A stretch of DNA of 63,357 nt, the filler included, from Intoshia linei (taxonomy: Eukaryota; Animalia; Orthonectida): the NCBI GenBank assembly GCA_001642005.1. It is 4 parts of 4 records of this genome, joined end to end, with 100 filler letters (N's around TTAATTAATTAA, not from the genome) between each part and the next. Parts side by side here need not be neighbours in the genome. Positions count along the whole stretch, not along the records: positions 15,442 to 40,987 come from LWCA01000495.1; 3 more parts are not named here. One strand, written 5' to 3'. Positions 27,901 through 40,181 of the stretch are shown here, in pieces (the stretch's first letter is position 1; each line of letters begins with the position of its first letter). The notes beneath the pieces were generated by a model that saw nothing but the letters and a program-made list of their open reading frames with translations, searched no databases and was not told the origin of the DNA. The position numbers and the translations under genes were made by a program.

Positions 27901-30900
27901 CTCCGATGTACCCTGTCAACAAGAAATAATTTTACTCCGGCAGAAATAGTATTTGGTTATAATATGCTTACCAATGAAAAATGTAACAAAAACGAAATCT
28001 CAAAAATAATTGAAAAATCAAAGAAAAGTTACATTGCCAGAATGAAAAAGAATTATGACAACAAAGTTCAAAAATCTCATCACAGTAACAATTATGTTCC
28101 AGTTGAACCAAAATTGAACAAGAAAAGATATTTACTAGAAAAAAAAGTGTTCCTCATCGCTTTCGTGATTATGTATTAGAAGATCCCTGACAAAAGAAAT
28201 TTTTTAAAGTTGTAAGAGATATGTAATAAAGTTGATTGTCATTTTTATTTTATATCTCTCAGTTATATAATATATTATCACTCTTAAAATGTTTTTACAT
28301 TAAATCTGAATTCGTATCACAATTCTTATCAAATACTACAATCAGTACCACGTTTAAAATCTCAAACGCCAATTTGCGTTAAAATAAAGTTCAGTTTTAA
28401 TTTCTCCATAATATTTATACAGCGATATTTAAAATGACAAACGCAACTCGAATAGATAGCGTTAGATGTTTTTGATTGCGAATTAGTTTATATATTTTAA
28501 AAATACACACTTTTAGTGCTAATTTCCCATCAAATTCTAAAATTTTCGAAAAAATGTGACACCCTACTATACACGTTTATAACTATTATATAGTTGCACA
28601 ATAGTGTTGATATCAATGCACAACACTGTAAAACCATGTTTAACAGTGCCATGACAACATTTTTATCTATAATTAAAAATTATTATTTATACCTCAAGTG
28701 CATTATTATAAGTAATGTTGATTAATAAATCAGTAACTTTGATTGCATTTATTTTTGCATTGACGACAGCAGCAGTCTCTCGAGATTGTTTAAAGCGTTT
28801 ACGATTATAATTCTCGAGAATATTACTTGGTAAACCTAAATAGAATATTCGTTGAGTTTTTTACTTTTTCTATGCCAGAATAGCACAGGGTTCTACACCA
28901 GATAAAAAATTAAATTATTATGACGATGAAAATGTATGCATTTGTAATAATATAGTAAATATAACTACACCTCTTTCTAACACCAGTCTATGAATTTTGT
29001 TGCATAAAAAAATGTATATTTTCAGATGGATAACTTTATTCTACCGAACTATACATTCTACATTTAACAAAAAATGTGGTACTTTAATATGTACACAAAT
29101 TAATTATATCTAAATAATACATACTTTTTATGCTAGGATATGGTTTATCGTTTCTTCCGTTAAGTAAACCGAATAGATGTATCGATAAACTTTTCAATTG
29201 AAGCTCTTTATTGTAGAACCCATATTTAATCAAATAATGCACAAGGTTCAATACATTCGCAACTAAAATGTTGTGTCCAATTTCAGAAGATGTCATATAT
29301 TGATTTTCACGTAAAAATTTGTCAGCCCAATCTTGTAATTTTGATATGTACCCATTTTTGTCAGATGGACATTGAAAATTAGATGACTAGAATTACATTT
29401 ACATTTTGTTAAGTGGTGATATTATAATGAAAAGTGCACACAGGTAATCCTATTAATATATATATGTAATAACTATTAATCGGTATCCAAAAACATCTTT
29501 TTTTAAGTAAACAATAAATATATTTATTCAATAACTAAGTCCTAGACTTTAACAAAAATATTATTCTGATAAAGCTTATTCCATTCGATCTAGATACAAA
29601 ATATGAAACTTAGAAATCTACCAATTCCCGGTGAAAAATAACTATTAATATATTATCAACCAATATTTTTAAAATGTTTGAATTAAAATTAAAAATGAAA
29701 GTTTAAATATTCATCCTGCAATTACTACATTTTCAATAAAGAGGTATGGTTTCAATCTCATAAATTGATTCCTTTTGCGTTTTAGCATTTTTTTACTGTG
29801 TTTAATATTTTATAAGTATTGTTTTCGTCATAGAATTAAGTTTCCAGAAAGAAAGGATGAATTAAAATTAGTTTTACTTTCTATGTAATTTTTATTGGAA
29901 TTTTTAGGTTCCCAGTATTACCCACAATTCTAAGTGTCTAATAACCCTATTAATCGAGGTATACATGTATTGTATGTAAACCTTTTCCAAATTTAAAGGT
30001 TTTAAATATACTACACATTATACATTAGTATGAAAGTTTTATATTTATTCCTCACCAGAATGTTTTTGAAACTAAACGTATCAGAAGATGAAATATTTTC
30101 ATCTTTTGGCGTGTAATTGAATAAAGGAATTTTATCATAAACCAATGATAAATTTACATTTTCCAATATTGAAATGTTATTTCCAACGTCCACGAATAAA
30201 TCTATAATACAATTATCAATATATATTAAAGTATGATGGATTATCTCCAATCCTAAAACTCTATAATTTCAGCTCATCAAAATGTTTTAAAGGTATTTGC
30301 CATCTTGCAGATTTTTTGGGTTTATTAAAATATTTCAATTTAGAGCCAGTAGTTTACAATATTTTTATGTATTTTTAATATGATGTGAATTTTTAACTTC
30401 TTAAAGATTGATTATTACAGTAATCAAAATTTAATAAAATCAATTTTGTTTAATATATTGACCATATATAATATTGAAATTTAGTGTGTTATTGCCGTAA
30501 AGATATAAAATAATATAGATAATACTAAGTCTTAGTAGTAATATACAAATGTAGCGTCATAAATCTGTATTCATCCAACGAATAGTTAGTATACTATAAG
30601 AATATAAATATATACTACATCATTAATATAGTAGTATCTTGTAGAATATAATACTATTTTTGCAGCAATAAGGTTACGTTTGAAATCATTTTATATTAAT
30701 TTTTCATATTTTTTATTATCGATTTAATTCAAAGATGATTTAAACAAGAAGGTGCACCTGAAAATGAAAAATAGACACTTTAAATATTATCATTCGATGC
30801 GTACTAACTTAAATAACGTGTTTCATTCGTATTTATGTTTTATTTCTAACTTTTATTTTTAACTTATAAGTCGTCAGTACCTGTTGAGTTTCCACTAGAG

Positions 30901-33900
30901 ACTCTGAAATGCATTGTATATGCATTAAGTATGTATTATGTAAATAAAATTTATTAATATCAACCTTACTTATAATTAAATTGCAATATTTTGCTATTAA
31001 TTCATCTGGTAGCTCTTCATCAGTTAGACACATGTATGCTTCTTCCCAAGATAAATAATTCAAATCTTTTGTAATCAAAGTTATAGTGTATTCGTTTCTA
31101 CCCTTTAATAAAAATATATAACTCATTAATTGTAATAATTTTAATCTAATATATTTGAAATATTACATATTATCCAATTTTACCGCTCATTACGTAAAAA
31201 TATTCATTAACCGCCCATACCAGACGTAATTTTTAAATTAATTACAATCCGTAAATAATGACCAATATAATCACTATTAATTATTTATTTAGAAAATTAT
31301 TTGATGGTATATTTCCAATAAACAAATTTTTACTCAGCCTTTCCAATTGATACAAAAGCTACATAGTTTTTCGATGATACGCAAGTGAACTATGTTTTTT
31401 CATGGAATCTAATTCTTTTATGATTTTTTTAAGATGTATGTGTGTTTTAAAAATTATGTCAATTGTGTATTTTTAACACCAAAACACAACGTTTACCATC
31501 ATTGGCCTATACCATCCTTCAATAATTAAAAAATTATTTTACTATCATTACCTTCTGTAAGTTAGGGTTCAATTGATACAGTGTTCTGCAACTTCATAAA
31601 CATAATTGTGCAGCTATGTACGATGGATAAGCATGCACAATAGTTAGAATCTAAGTCACAACACTGTACAACCAATATCACGGATTTATGCTTACCCGCT
31701 GTAGGGATGTAGAGTCAGATACTGTGCTTACGCAATATATATCACATAAGGTAATAGTTTATAGATTTATATTATGATTTAATTAACTTACTGAACATAA
31801 ATATCCAAATAAATCTAATTGATGCACCAAAAATAGATAATTCAAATCAACGTTATGACTTTTCTGTAAAAGTATAATAAATTTAATTAAATTGGTTTTG
31901 AGTTAGGACTCCTTATTGTGAATAAAAATACCATTTGGCAAAATTTACTGAGGGCAGTAAATTGTTCTCCGTTGTCAGTGCTAACATATACAATATTGTC
32001 GCCTTTATCAATTTTAGTACCAATATCAGTTAAATATACACAGTTCTATTATATATGATCATAATAATTATTAGTATTATAATGATAAGTAAAATAATAA
32101 TCAAGTAATGATGTTCGGATAGTATTCATAATCCAAATTTAAAAATGGTTCAAACTAACAACTCAATTTTAAATTTCAGCTAAAAATGTAATGTTAAATG
32201 ATCAGTAAAACATATTTGGAAATTTCTGTTTTAAAGTGATGGTACAGAAATAGTAATAATGATAAGTAACTGTTTTCTGTAATTGTTAAACGTTTATGTA
32301 CCATGATTTTATATTAAAGTTAATTTTTAAATAAAATTAAAAAATTTCGTCGACAGAGATAGCTACTATTTGTACGAAATACATAAAAGTCAAGCTAATT
32401 GGTCATTAGTTTGTTAATAAATGCTGTGACATCTTATTTAATAATACCATATTTTTATCTTTCAACCACTTATCCGCTATATAATTCTGGTTATCCCGAA
32501 TTGAAACACCATCACACAAGCATAATACTCCCAATAAATGCAAATATCTATAATCCTAAAATTTTGAAAATTACATACATAGCTAAATACACAATAAGAA
32601 CCTAGTACCTTTTTAATTTTTAATAGAGAAATATAATCATCAATTTGGCGGCGATCTATTCTATCAACAATTTGACGATTATCTTTAATTAATTCCATGA
32701 CCATCTGAGCTACCTGCAGACCAATCTTGCCCTATACTTAAATTGAATAAATTTCATTTAAAAACTGATTTTTTATTGGTGTACTAAGTACCCTGCACAG
32801 TGTACAGCACATATGATTCGCATAATATACTTAGTTATTATAAATTATTTTCAATATTGTACATACGATACTAACAATCTTACTTACTTCAGTTCTGATT
32901 TGTGAATCAAAAAATCGAATGTACTTAGATATATACATTTCATTCTTTCTACTATTGCCTTTTAAGTATTTATTCAATGTATCGTAACTTTCAACATCAA
33001 TATTAGTCATCAATCTATTTCAAATTTAATTTATTAAATTTAATTAAATTGATAAAAAATGAATATATTTCTCACAAAATACCAAAAAAAAAATGGGCGT
33101 GATAAAATACTTTTTAACTATAATTTCATAATTGGGTTAAGAATTAAATTTTCACCCAAAAATTAGTACATAAGCATCCCTTACTTGTATAAAATGGAAT
33201 TTCTGTCTGTATTAACGTTTAATTAAAAAATTACGAGTTAAATTTAAAACATTTTATCCAAAAGAATGCAGTATCACAAATTACATACTGAAATGACCCA
33301 TGTTAACTGTTGTTTATACCAAATACATAACAGTGAAGCTAGTAATAAGTTATAGTTTACAATTTTTTTAAACTTTTTATACTAAAATTTTCAGTTAACT
33401 GACAAGTTACTTGTAGTTTACTAAGTTAAACAAAATTTTTAAATTTAATCAAAACTGAGTAAACAATACTGTATACAAAAATATTTTTACAGTTTATATG
33501 AATATAATTACATTTTATCCGATGTATTGTCAATTGGAAATTTTAAGATTTCAACTAAAATATCAACAACCTAAAAAAATTAATAAAAATGTGAAAATTC
33601 GATGTATTCTACTCTTAAATTTCTCATCAGTTTTTGTCTAATTTTACATGGACTGCCATTTATAATCATAAACTGTTGCAAATCTTGTAAAACCTAAAAT
33701 TTCAATTTACACATTACTCCAAATGTCTAATAATATTAATAATAATATAATAAACTTTAATTATTTTGACTGCATCGATGTCTTTTATACTCATTCCATC
33801 TTTTTTCTATTGACAATAATATAATTCAAAAATAAAAATATTTTTACTTAGAACCCGCTTATATGAATGACAATGAAAAACTGATTTTGGAAACTATTAA

Positions 33901-36876
33901 CGGGTTTTATTATATATGTTAATTACATTTTGACAAAATTTCACCAAAAGAGATACTATACCAGCAACATATTTAAAATTGTTATAGTCTCTTTCATTGA
34001 CTGGTTCTAAAATGTATGCATCATGGTATAACATATAATTTGATAATGCAATTTTTTTCAACTTTGCACTAGTCCAAGGCAAATTAGCATCAGAATCATT
34101 TCCATTCGAAATTACTTGTTCTTTTCTTACATAATCTTCTAAATTACGAAAAATATCAATAAAAATGTTTGCATTATAATGATAAGTATCTATATTTCTT
34201 TAATATTTTAAAACACATAAAAGTACATCATATATTACACATTTTATATTATTATTACGTATTAACAAGATTTTTAAAACTTTAATTAAATACCAATTAA
34301 AGCAGTGAGCCATGTATTCGTTTGCTTGTGTTGAATACGACAGAAACTTGATTTTGAAACTAAATCACCTTCCTACATAAATTGTGAAATTTAATAATAT
34401 AATTAATATGCATAATCAACAACTAATAAATGTAGTATTAATATGTATGTAAATAAAATTACTGCTGTAACAGGTGATAATCTGAATACACTAAAATAGA
34501 CATATAAAACAAATAAAGTTATGTCGTTAGTTACGCATTTTTATCTTCACATTTATCCACCAAGCATACATCATTGGACGAGTCGATACATAGGTATTTA
34601 CGAGTAGTCATGTGTTTAATTAGAATATCATCTGTCCAATGAATCGGACTGCCTAGTTATTATTATCACATTTAAAAATATACCGAATTGTGTTTTTCAG
34701 TTCAAAAACTTTTTAGAAAATAATCAAAACTCATATTTACTTATTTGTTGTTAAATTAACAAAAAAATTCATTTGTAAAATGAAACAATTACATTAAAAT
34801 AGAAATACCTTTAATAGTCGTATCAGCAAACAAAATTTGCCAATAAACTATTGCAGATGTAGACGGAAATAATGTTCTAGGTTTTTTTTGATCTGCTGCG
34901 CGAAAACGGAAATGAACTAATAAATTCATTATTTTTAATATCTTTTTAGTTACCATCTTCTGTTTGTTCCACATCAAATAACCCTTCACAGCATAAATTT
35001 GATTCAATTTCTTTATGAAAAATTCGTATTACATCTCCACCCTAATATCACATTGATTAATTGAAATTTATCAAAATTTTATATTTTGATCATGACTCAT
35101 AATTTATGACTGAATTTTATATAAAAATCTTTAAATAATTTAAATTGTATTTTAATTTCAATATCGTAAAAAGTTTTAATTAATATTTGAACATGTTAAT
35201 TATAACAAAAACTAAGTATAAACGATGACTAAATGAAAGAAACTTGATAGTAGCATAAAAAATTGTTAAATAAAACTGTTTCAAATATTTTTAGTTTAGT
35301 TAAATTAACCAATTAAAACATTATATGTCAATTATATTTTTATTGCATTTTTTAATTCGTTATTGCTTTTCAATGGACGGTTATACAATTTATTTTATAT
35401 CAAATTCAACTGTATTTAATTTAAATCTAACATCTACCTTCTCTTTAACATTCATAAAAATGATTTCATGATTTATTTAAAATTACTTACTTGTAAATTA
35501 CTAATATTACTAATAGTTAATCATTACTTATATAATATGCTACGCAATATTTGTTAGTGTGTGTGTTCCACTTTATTTCAATCACTACCAGTCTTAGAAT
35601 TTTATAAAGTCCACATTTCAATTACAGTTTTTACCGGGGAATATAATAAGATAAATTTCAACCTCCCAAACACACATATTACGGATCAAAAACTTCAATT
35701 GTCCTTTTTTTTGAAAATCAAACGAGTTAGAGAATTTAAAAAAATTTACTTTCCATATTAATTTTATGTGAATAAGAAATTTTACATATTAATGTACTAA
35801 TTGTATCAAGAAAATTACTCTGAAACATTCAACATTTAAATTATCTTTAATACTTCTAATATACAATGTAAACCCAGTTTTTTGAACAGATTGGTTCAAT
35901 TCATATCTAGATGAAATTAAATTAGTATAATCAATAAAATACGATCCAGGATATATAAAATATTTGTCGTAAGGAGTGCCACTAATGTGTAGATATTGAC
36001 CTGGCGATTTTACACTTTCCAATATAATTTGATCTTCAACATGGATCTATATTGTAATTTCATTTCATTTTATATACAGTTTAATCAAATGATACATTAC
36101 CAAGTCTCCTTCAGATTTAACTTTAAATCTTGGCATTATTTTGAACATTGATTGTTTACTGCTATGTTCCGTCAAATACACCTAGAATCATATTGTAAAT
36201 TTAGTCTCATCCACAATTTATATTTTCAATTACGTTCATATTACTCAATTCCATGGTTGATGGTTTTGTGGTATTACTAGCCAGATATTTATTTGAAAAT
36301 ACATGAAACAATTGTATTGATTGTCCGTATAACAAACTTCTATTAAATTGTCGTTTTTGTTCATTTTCATTGTCAATGATTTCATCTTGTGCAGCTATCT
36401 ATTAAATTCACATCATAAAAACTGCCAATAGGTTCCAATTCATGATTTCTTTAATTTACCTTTAAATTAACAAGTTCTTCTTGCATTTCAACATTGCTTG
36501 TGTCACGTTTTACCTTTTGATCAAATTTTCTCAATTTTTTGTTAATTTTATAACGATTGACTACGCAAACTTTAAAGGAGATGGCTAAAAGTATCAATAT
36601 TATAATGATCAATTCTATCTTGAACTGTAAAGATTAAACCTAACCTGAAATGTCAGGAACATTTGGATGATATCTTGATAAATTAGGCAATAATACCACT
36701 TCATTATTTTCAGATCTAATTTAAGTAATAATGATGTTTATTGTGAAATAATGTAATTAATAAGCTAGTTTTTTAAATGTATTTGATTATTACCCATTTA
36801 TAGCACTAAACAAATAACCGTTTTGTTTTTCTACATATAAACAAATTACATCTCCGCATCTCATATTTTCAGACAT
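15963..36876 (-). CDS. ITPR: Inositol 1,4,5-trisphosphate receptor-like channel (divergent), N-terminal ~60%, many exons; 3' part including the channel domain absent
   Basis: Start MSENMRCGDVICLYVEKQNGYL at 36876. Suppressor/MIR motifs 'LLYGQSIQLFHVFSNKYL', 'MFKIMPRFKVKSEGD', 'GGDVIRIFHKE', 'IKHMTTRKYL'. RIH motifs 'RQKLMRN', 'RKNEMYISK', 'MELIKDNRQIVDRI', 'LVHYLIKYGFY', 'YLVELIDLLATCAE'. The last exon seen ('LPLGSEFQYHVKCF...KLVKLL') ends at an open donor at 15962. Confidence 0.92.
16338..17411. mobile_element. Non-autonomous Mutator-like element with subterminal GATCGTAAATCAAA repeats (in ITPR intron)
   Basis: CCG...CGG ends; inverted arrays of GATCGTAAATCAAA / TTTGATTTACGATC-like units; 9-bp flanks AGTAATCAG / AGTAATCAT. 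Contains a hAT-like end at 16422. Confidence 0.6.
18462..18924. mobile_element. pogo/Tigger-type MITE
   Basis: TA|CAGTGAAACCTCCACTATTT ... AAATAGTCGAGGTTCCACTG|TA (18/20 TIR, TA TSD). Confidence 0.8.
22604..23845 (+). mobile_element. Helitron-like family copy, 3' end degraded
   Basis: Starts A|TCCCAACTTATATAAAATGC. Shares internal blocks (AATCCGAATAAGTGACG, GATAGAGCTTATTCCAGTTGATATAAATAC, ATCTACGCATTCCCG) with 55877-56975. Has a ~62-nt internal tandem duplication at ~23060-23175. Confidence 0.75.
25462..25569 (+). repeat. 5' LTR (108 nt)
   Basis: TGTAATAAAG...ATACTACA; near-identical to 28222-28340. Confidence 0.88.
28222..28340 (+). repeat. 3' LTR (119 nt, small internal duplication)
   Basis: TGTAATAAAG...ATACTACA; carries an extra ~12-nt AATTCGTATCAC duplication relative to the 5' LTR. 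Confidence 0.88.
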
Positions 36877-37414
36877 TAAAATCTATTACTAATTAACAGT
36901 CAAAAATTAAAACGTATCAGTTAAATTGTAAAGTAATGCAAGATTAATATTTTATTTGATATAAAATTTCCAATTTATTAGACTGCTTATATAATCACCT
37001 ATAGAGGTAGATACTATATCACTTTTGTAAAAATTGGTTTATTTCAAAGTATCCAGGATATTTTATTAACAACAAAAAAAAACATAAACATGTAATATTA
37101 AAGTTTCACACATGTTAACTATATACAATTTTACCATTATTATAATTTATGAAGATTGCAAATAAAAATCAAGATACCGGTATACAATAATTTACATATC
37201 TTCAATCATACTTAAATGTCTAGACTCTGGAATTTGATTATTACTATCACAAACAAGCGAAACACAAAAACTTTTACATTTAATAATGTTTTTATACATA
37301 ACGTATTTATTATTTCCACATAACATTCTTAATGCTGGATTGTAAGCAGTGCGAATTTTCAAATTAAAAATTTTTAATAATTTATTCAATTACAATCAAT
37401 TAAACAAATTATAA

Positions 37415-37937
37415 CTATTTGGCAATTTTAAGCATTAGTAAAGGATGTTCAATATATTTCTTCCATAAATTAGAAAATTTTGTCATTGTAGCTCCATCAA
37501 TAACCCTATGATCAGCGGACCAACTAATATTTAAATAGGAAGCAGAGTAAACTTGACTAATAGATTTGTCCTTGATATCATTTAATTTCAATTTTTCCTA
37601 AATTTATAAAGTAAAATTTAATGGAATTTTACTGAAATTTTTCCAATAGCTCCAATGCATAATTGAGGTGGCATAATTATTGGCATGGCATAAGTTCCGC
37701 CAATCTATAAATTTTTTTAATTTTAAAAGCAAAGTATACAATTACACTTCCAATGTTCGACAAGGTAAAAGTTCCATGCAAAACATCATGCGGTAATAAT
37801 TGGTTTTGCATGCCATACTTTATTATTCTCTTCATTTCTTTTGAAATTTCAATTATTGATTTTTTTTCAACATTTTTTATGTTTGGTACCATTAAACCAT
37901 GTGGAGTGTCCAAAGCAAAAGATATATTGTGATTATT
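37415..37937 (-). CDS. DBT: Branched-chain alpha-ketoacid dehydrogenase E2 (dihydrolipoamide branched-chain transacylase), last 3 exons: 37746-37937, 37633-37704, 37415-37597
   Basis: '[22 protein letters not shown]...[10 protein letters not shown]|[13 protein letters not shown]...GAIGKI|...[28 protein letters not shown]'. Introns are 41 and 35 nt. Upstream exons are not present before the gap. Confidence 0.92.
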
Positions 37938-38491
37938 CTATAATGTAGTTAAATAAAAAGTAAAAATTTATATATTTAAATTCATATGAGACTTTAAAAT
38001 TATAAATATTATATGCATACCAGTGACGAATCTACCGTATCCCGAAACCCTTTCGGGAGCCTCGACGAAATTTTGTAAAATGGTAGCCTTATTTTTCACA
38101 ATAGATTATTTAAAAAAGTATATTCTTGAATATCTACTATATTGTGATGAGTTGAATTTAAAATGTCAAGTCATCAGCCTTGGAGAGCGGGTAGAGCTAT
38201 ATTACACTATGCATTACAGTTCTGCAGCACGATCCGAACACGAACTTCTGATCGTTTCGGATGTTGAAAATTTTTTTATATTTCGTGTATTTAATCGTAT
38301 TCAGATCGTTTTTAACTAATTAATGTTAACTTAATTTAATTAATTTTTGTTAATATGAGCTTAATAGAGGTGGCCACAGTCACATTTGAGTATGTTACAC
38401 TCATATGTAATTAATTCATCATCAAAGTGAATAGGTTATTAATAATAATTTTTTATAAACCAGTTAGAATCTAACAATTATTTCATTATAA

Positions 38492-39074
38492 CAGTAATAA
38501 TGCAGTCGATTTTGAAGCAGTCAAATGCATTTAAAGTCAATTACAGTATTCCCTTACTACAGGTAACACCGTAAACATAAAAATTTACCTCGTTAAAATA
38601 ACACTATAAGTAACAAAAAATAAGAAATGAGTGATAAATAAGTAATTTTAAAGTTTAAATTAAATTTAGATTATATTTGACTGTGAAAAATACATTTGAC
38701 TGCGAATAATTAGATTAGACTGATTTGACTTTATTGTAACTTATCTGTATGTATAACAACAGATTTGATCCAGACGAAATTACAATGACATAATGTAAAG
38801 TGGCCAGAAAAATATGTACTATCACTTTTAGTTTATTTGGAATAAATTTTATGGCGAAAATTTTTGTTCATGGATAAGTAGTTTTGGCTTTACATTTAAC
38901 ACCAAATAAACTAAAATTGATAGTACGTATTTTTTCTGGCCACTTTACATAATGGCACCAAATTTGAATATAAATTCATCTTTATTGACTCTGATTAATT
39001 AGATCTGACTGTGAAACATCTATTTAGACTTTTAATGTATTTATTTGACTGATACAAAATCGACTGCCTTACTG
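38492..39074. mobile_element. CAGTA-TIR MITE (pogo-like) with a nested foldback element
   Basis: Left CAGTAATAATGCAGTCGATTTTGAAGCAGTCAAAT vs right ATTTGACTGATACAAAATCGACTGCCTTACTG|TA. Confidence 0.6.
38793..38950. mobile_element. ~160-bp foldback MITE (~48-bp arms)
   Basis: ATGTAAAGTGGCCAGAAAAATATGTACTATCACTTTTAGTTTATTTGG ... CCAAATAAACTAAAATTGATAGTACGTATTTTTCTGGCCACTTTACAT; an inverted second copy lies at 44164-44319. Confidence 0.75.
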
Positions 39075-39117
39075 TAATTTAACTAAAATTATTTTTGGCT
39101 TATAATATTGCATACTT

Positions 39118-39984
39118 GGGTGTGCACTTTTGACTTTTTTTTTGAATTTTAAAAAGTATATTTGAGTGCAGATACATAATGTTATTTAGAACAAAATGAC
39201 GAAAAAAAATTTGTACTTTGAAGTTCATTTTTTTTAAATCATTTTACAATTATTAATATAAATTATTTATTTATATATTATTGTTAATAAAATTAATCTT
39301 CAGATTAATATAACTCCAAATAATCATCCTTCTATTTACCCTCTATGCTTAATTTATCTTCGATAGGTATAATTTTTTTATAATTATCTATGAGTTCTTT
39401 AAAATTGTTTTGGATATAATTAACAAAAGGTAATTTAATATTTCTACTTTGAGTTTAAGTTTAAAAATTTCGTTAAAGGTATGTTATATCACAAGGTCCA
39501 ATACATGGAATCGGCATCCTTCGTAAACAATAACTTCTAATTTTTAATTTTATTTAACCTAATGGAAGTGGACCGAGTGTAAATTTATTCCAGATATCAT
39601 ATAATTCTATTGCAGTTTTATCACAAGAGTATGCTTTTGATTTTCTTGGATTTGCCAATTGTAAAAAATGATATCTTCCCAAGATTTTCTTTATTGTAGG
39701 TAATCTTGATGCGCTGCTTAAAGGTTCACTAATAAGTATTCCGTATGGACGTGCCAATCTGAATTTTTTTCTAGATAATATATTTTTTGGTTGTGACGTG
39801 AAGTATTAGAAAAATCAAATTAATTAATAATTTAAATAATAAACAAATGTTCACGTTTCAATAATAATAAAAAAATGCATTTTAAAATTTCAATTAAATG
39901 AATTTTTTTGCATATTCGTTATCAGCATATAAAAATACACCTATATGCAAATATACTTTTTGATCTTTAAAAAAGTACACACCC
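39118..39984. mobile_element. DNA transposon derivative with GGGTGTGCAC-type TIR and a short coding remnant (possibly Sola2-like)
   Basis: Ends GGGTGTGCACTTT ... AAAGTACACACCC; inverted subterminal AAAAAGTATATTTG / CAAATATACTTTTT; internal minus-strand remnant 'RLPTIKKILGRYHFL...AIELYDIWNK' (39554-39757). Superfamily assignment is tentative. Confidence 0.5.
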
Positions 39985-40004
39985 TATATACATTGCATAT
40001 ATAT

Positions 40005-40181
40005 TGCATACATTAATTCTACTCACTGTAATTTGAACAAAATTATTTTTAGCTTATAACATCGCATGCTTACATTAATTCTGCCGACTGTAATTTAATT
40101 AGAATTAATTTTGGCTTAAAATGTTGCAACCTACATCAATTCTGCTCACTGTAATTTAACTAAAATTAATTTTGGCTTATA
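40005..40181. repeat. ~61-bp minisatellite, 3 units plus one detached unit at ~39064-39115
   Basis: CTGTAATTT(A/G)A..AAATTA.TTT.GCTTA recurs at 39072, 40027, 40088 and 40149. Confidence 0.75.

Larger units (their letters stand above)
25462..28340 (+). mobile_element. Ty3/Gypsy LTR retrotransposon, degenerate with RT deleted, antisense in an ITPR intron
   Basis: LTRs 25462-25569 and 28222-28340 (TG...CA); TSD ATCGG/ATCAG. Gag zinc knuckle CFSCNKPGHMAHNC; protease 'FVVDTGSHINC'; RNase H 'ETDASDVGIGAVL'; integrase zinc-binding region and core 'DHFSGW...RFGPP...HNENGMVERMNR'. Multiple stops and frameshifts. Confidence 0.93.
25183..28379. mobile_element. Small TIR element (MITE) whose right TIR hosts the Gypsy insertion
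   Basis: Left ACGCAAATTGGCGTTTGAACTTTTAAGCGTGGTACCGACTTTATA vs right TATAAAATCGG[Gypsy]TACCACGTTTAAAATCTCAAACGCCAATTTGCGT. Confidence 0.7.

Noticed and set aside
40005-40181. ~61-nt periodicity suggestive of a CRISPR array
   Set aside because: The whole unit is repeated with scattered substitutions; there are no unique spacers and no cas genes.
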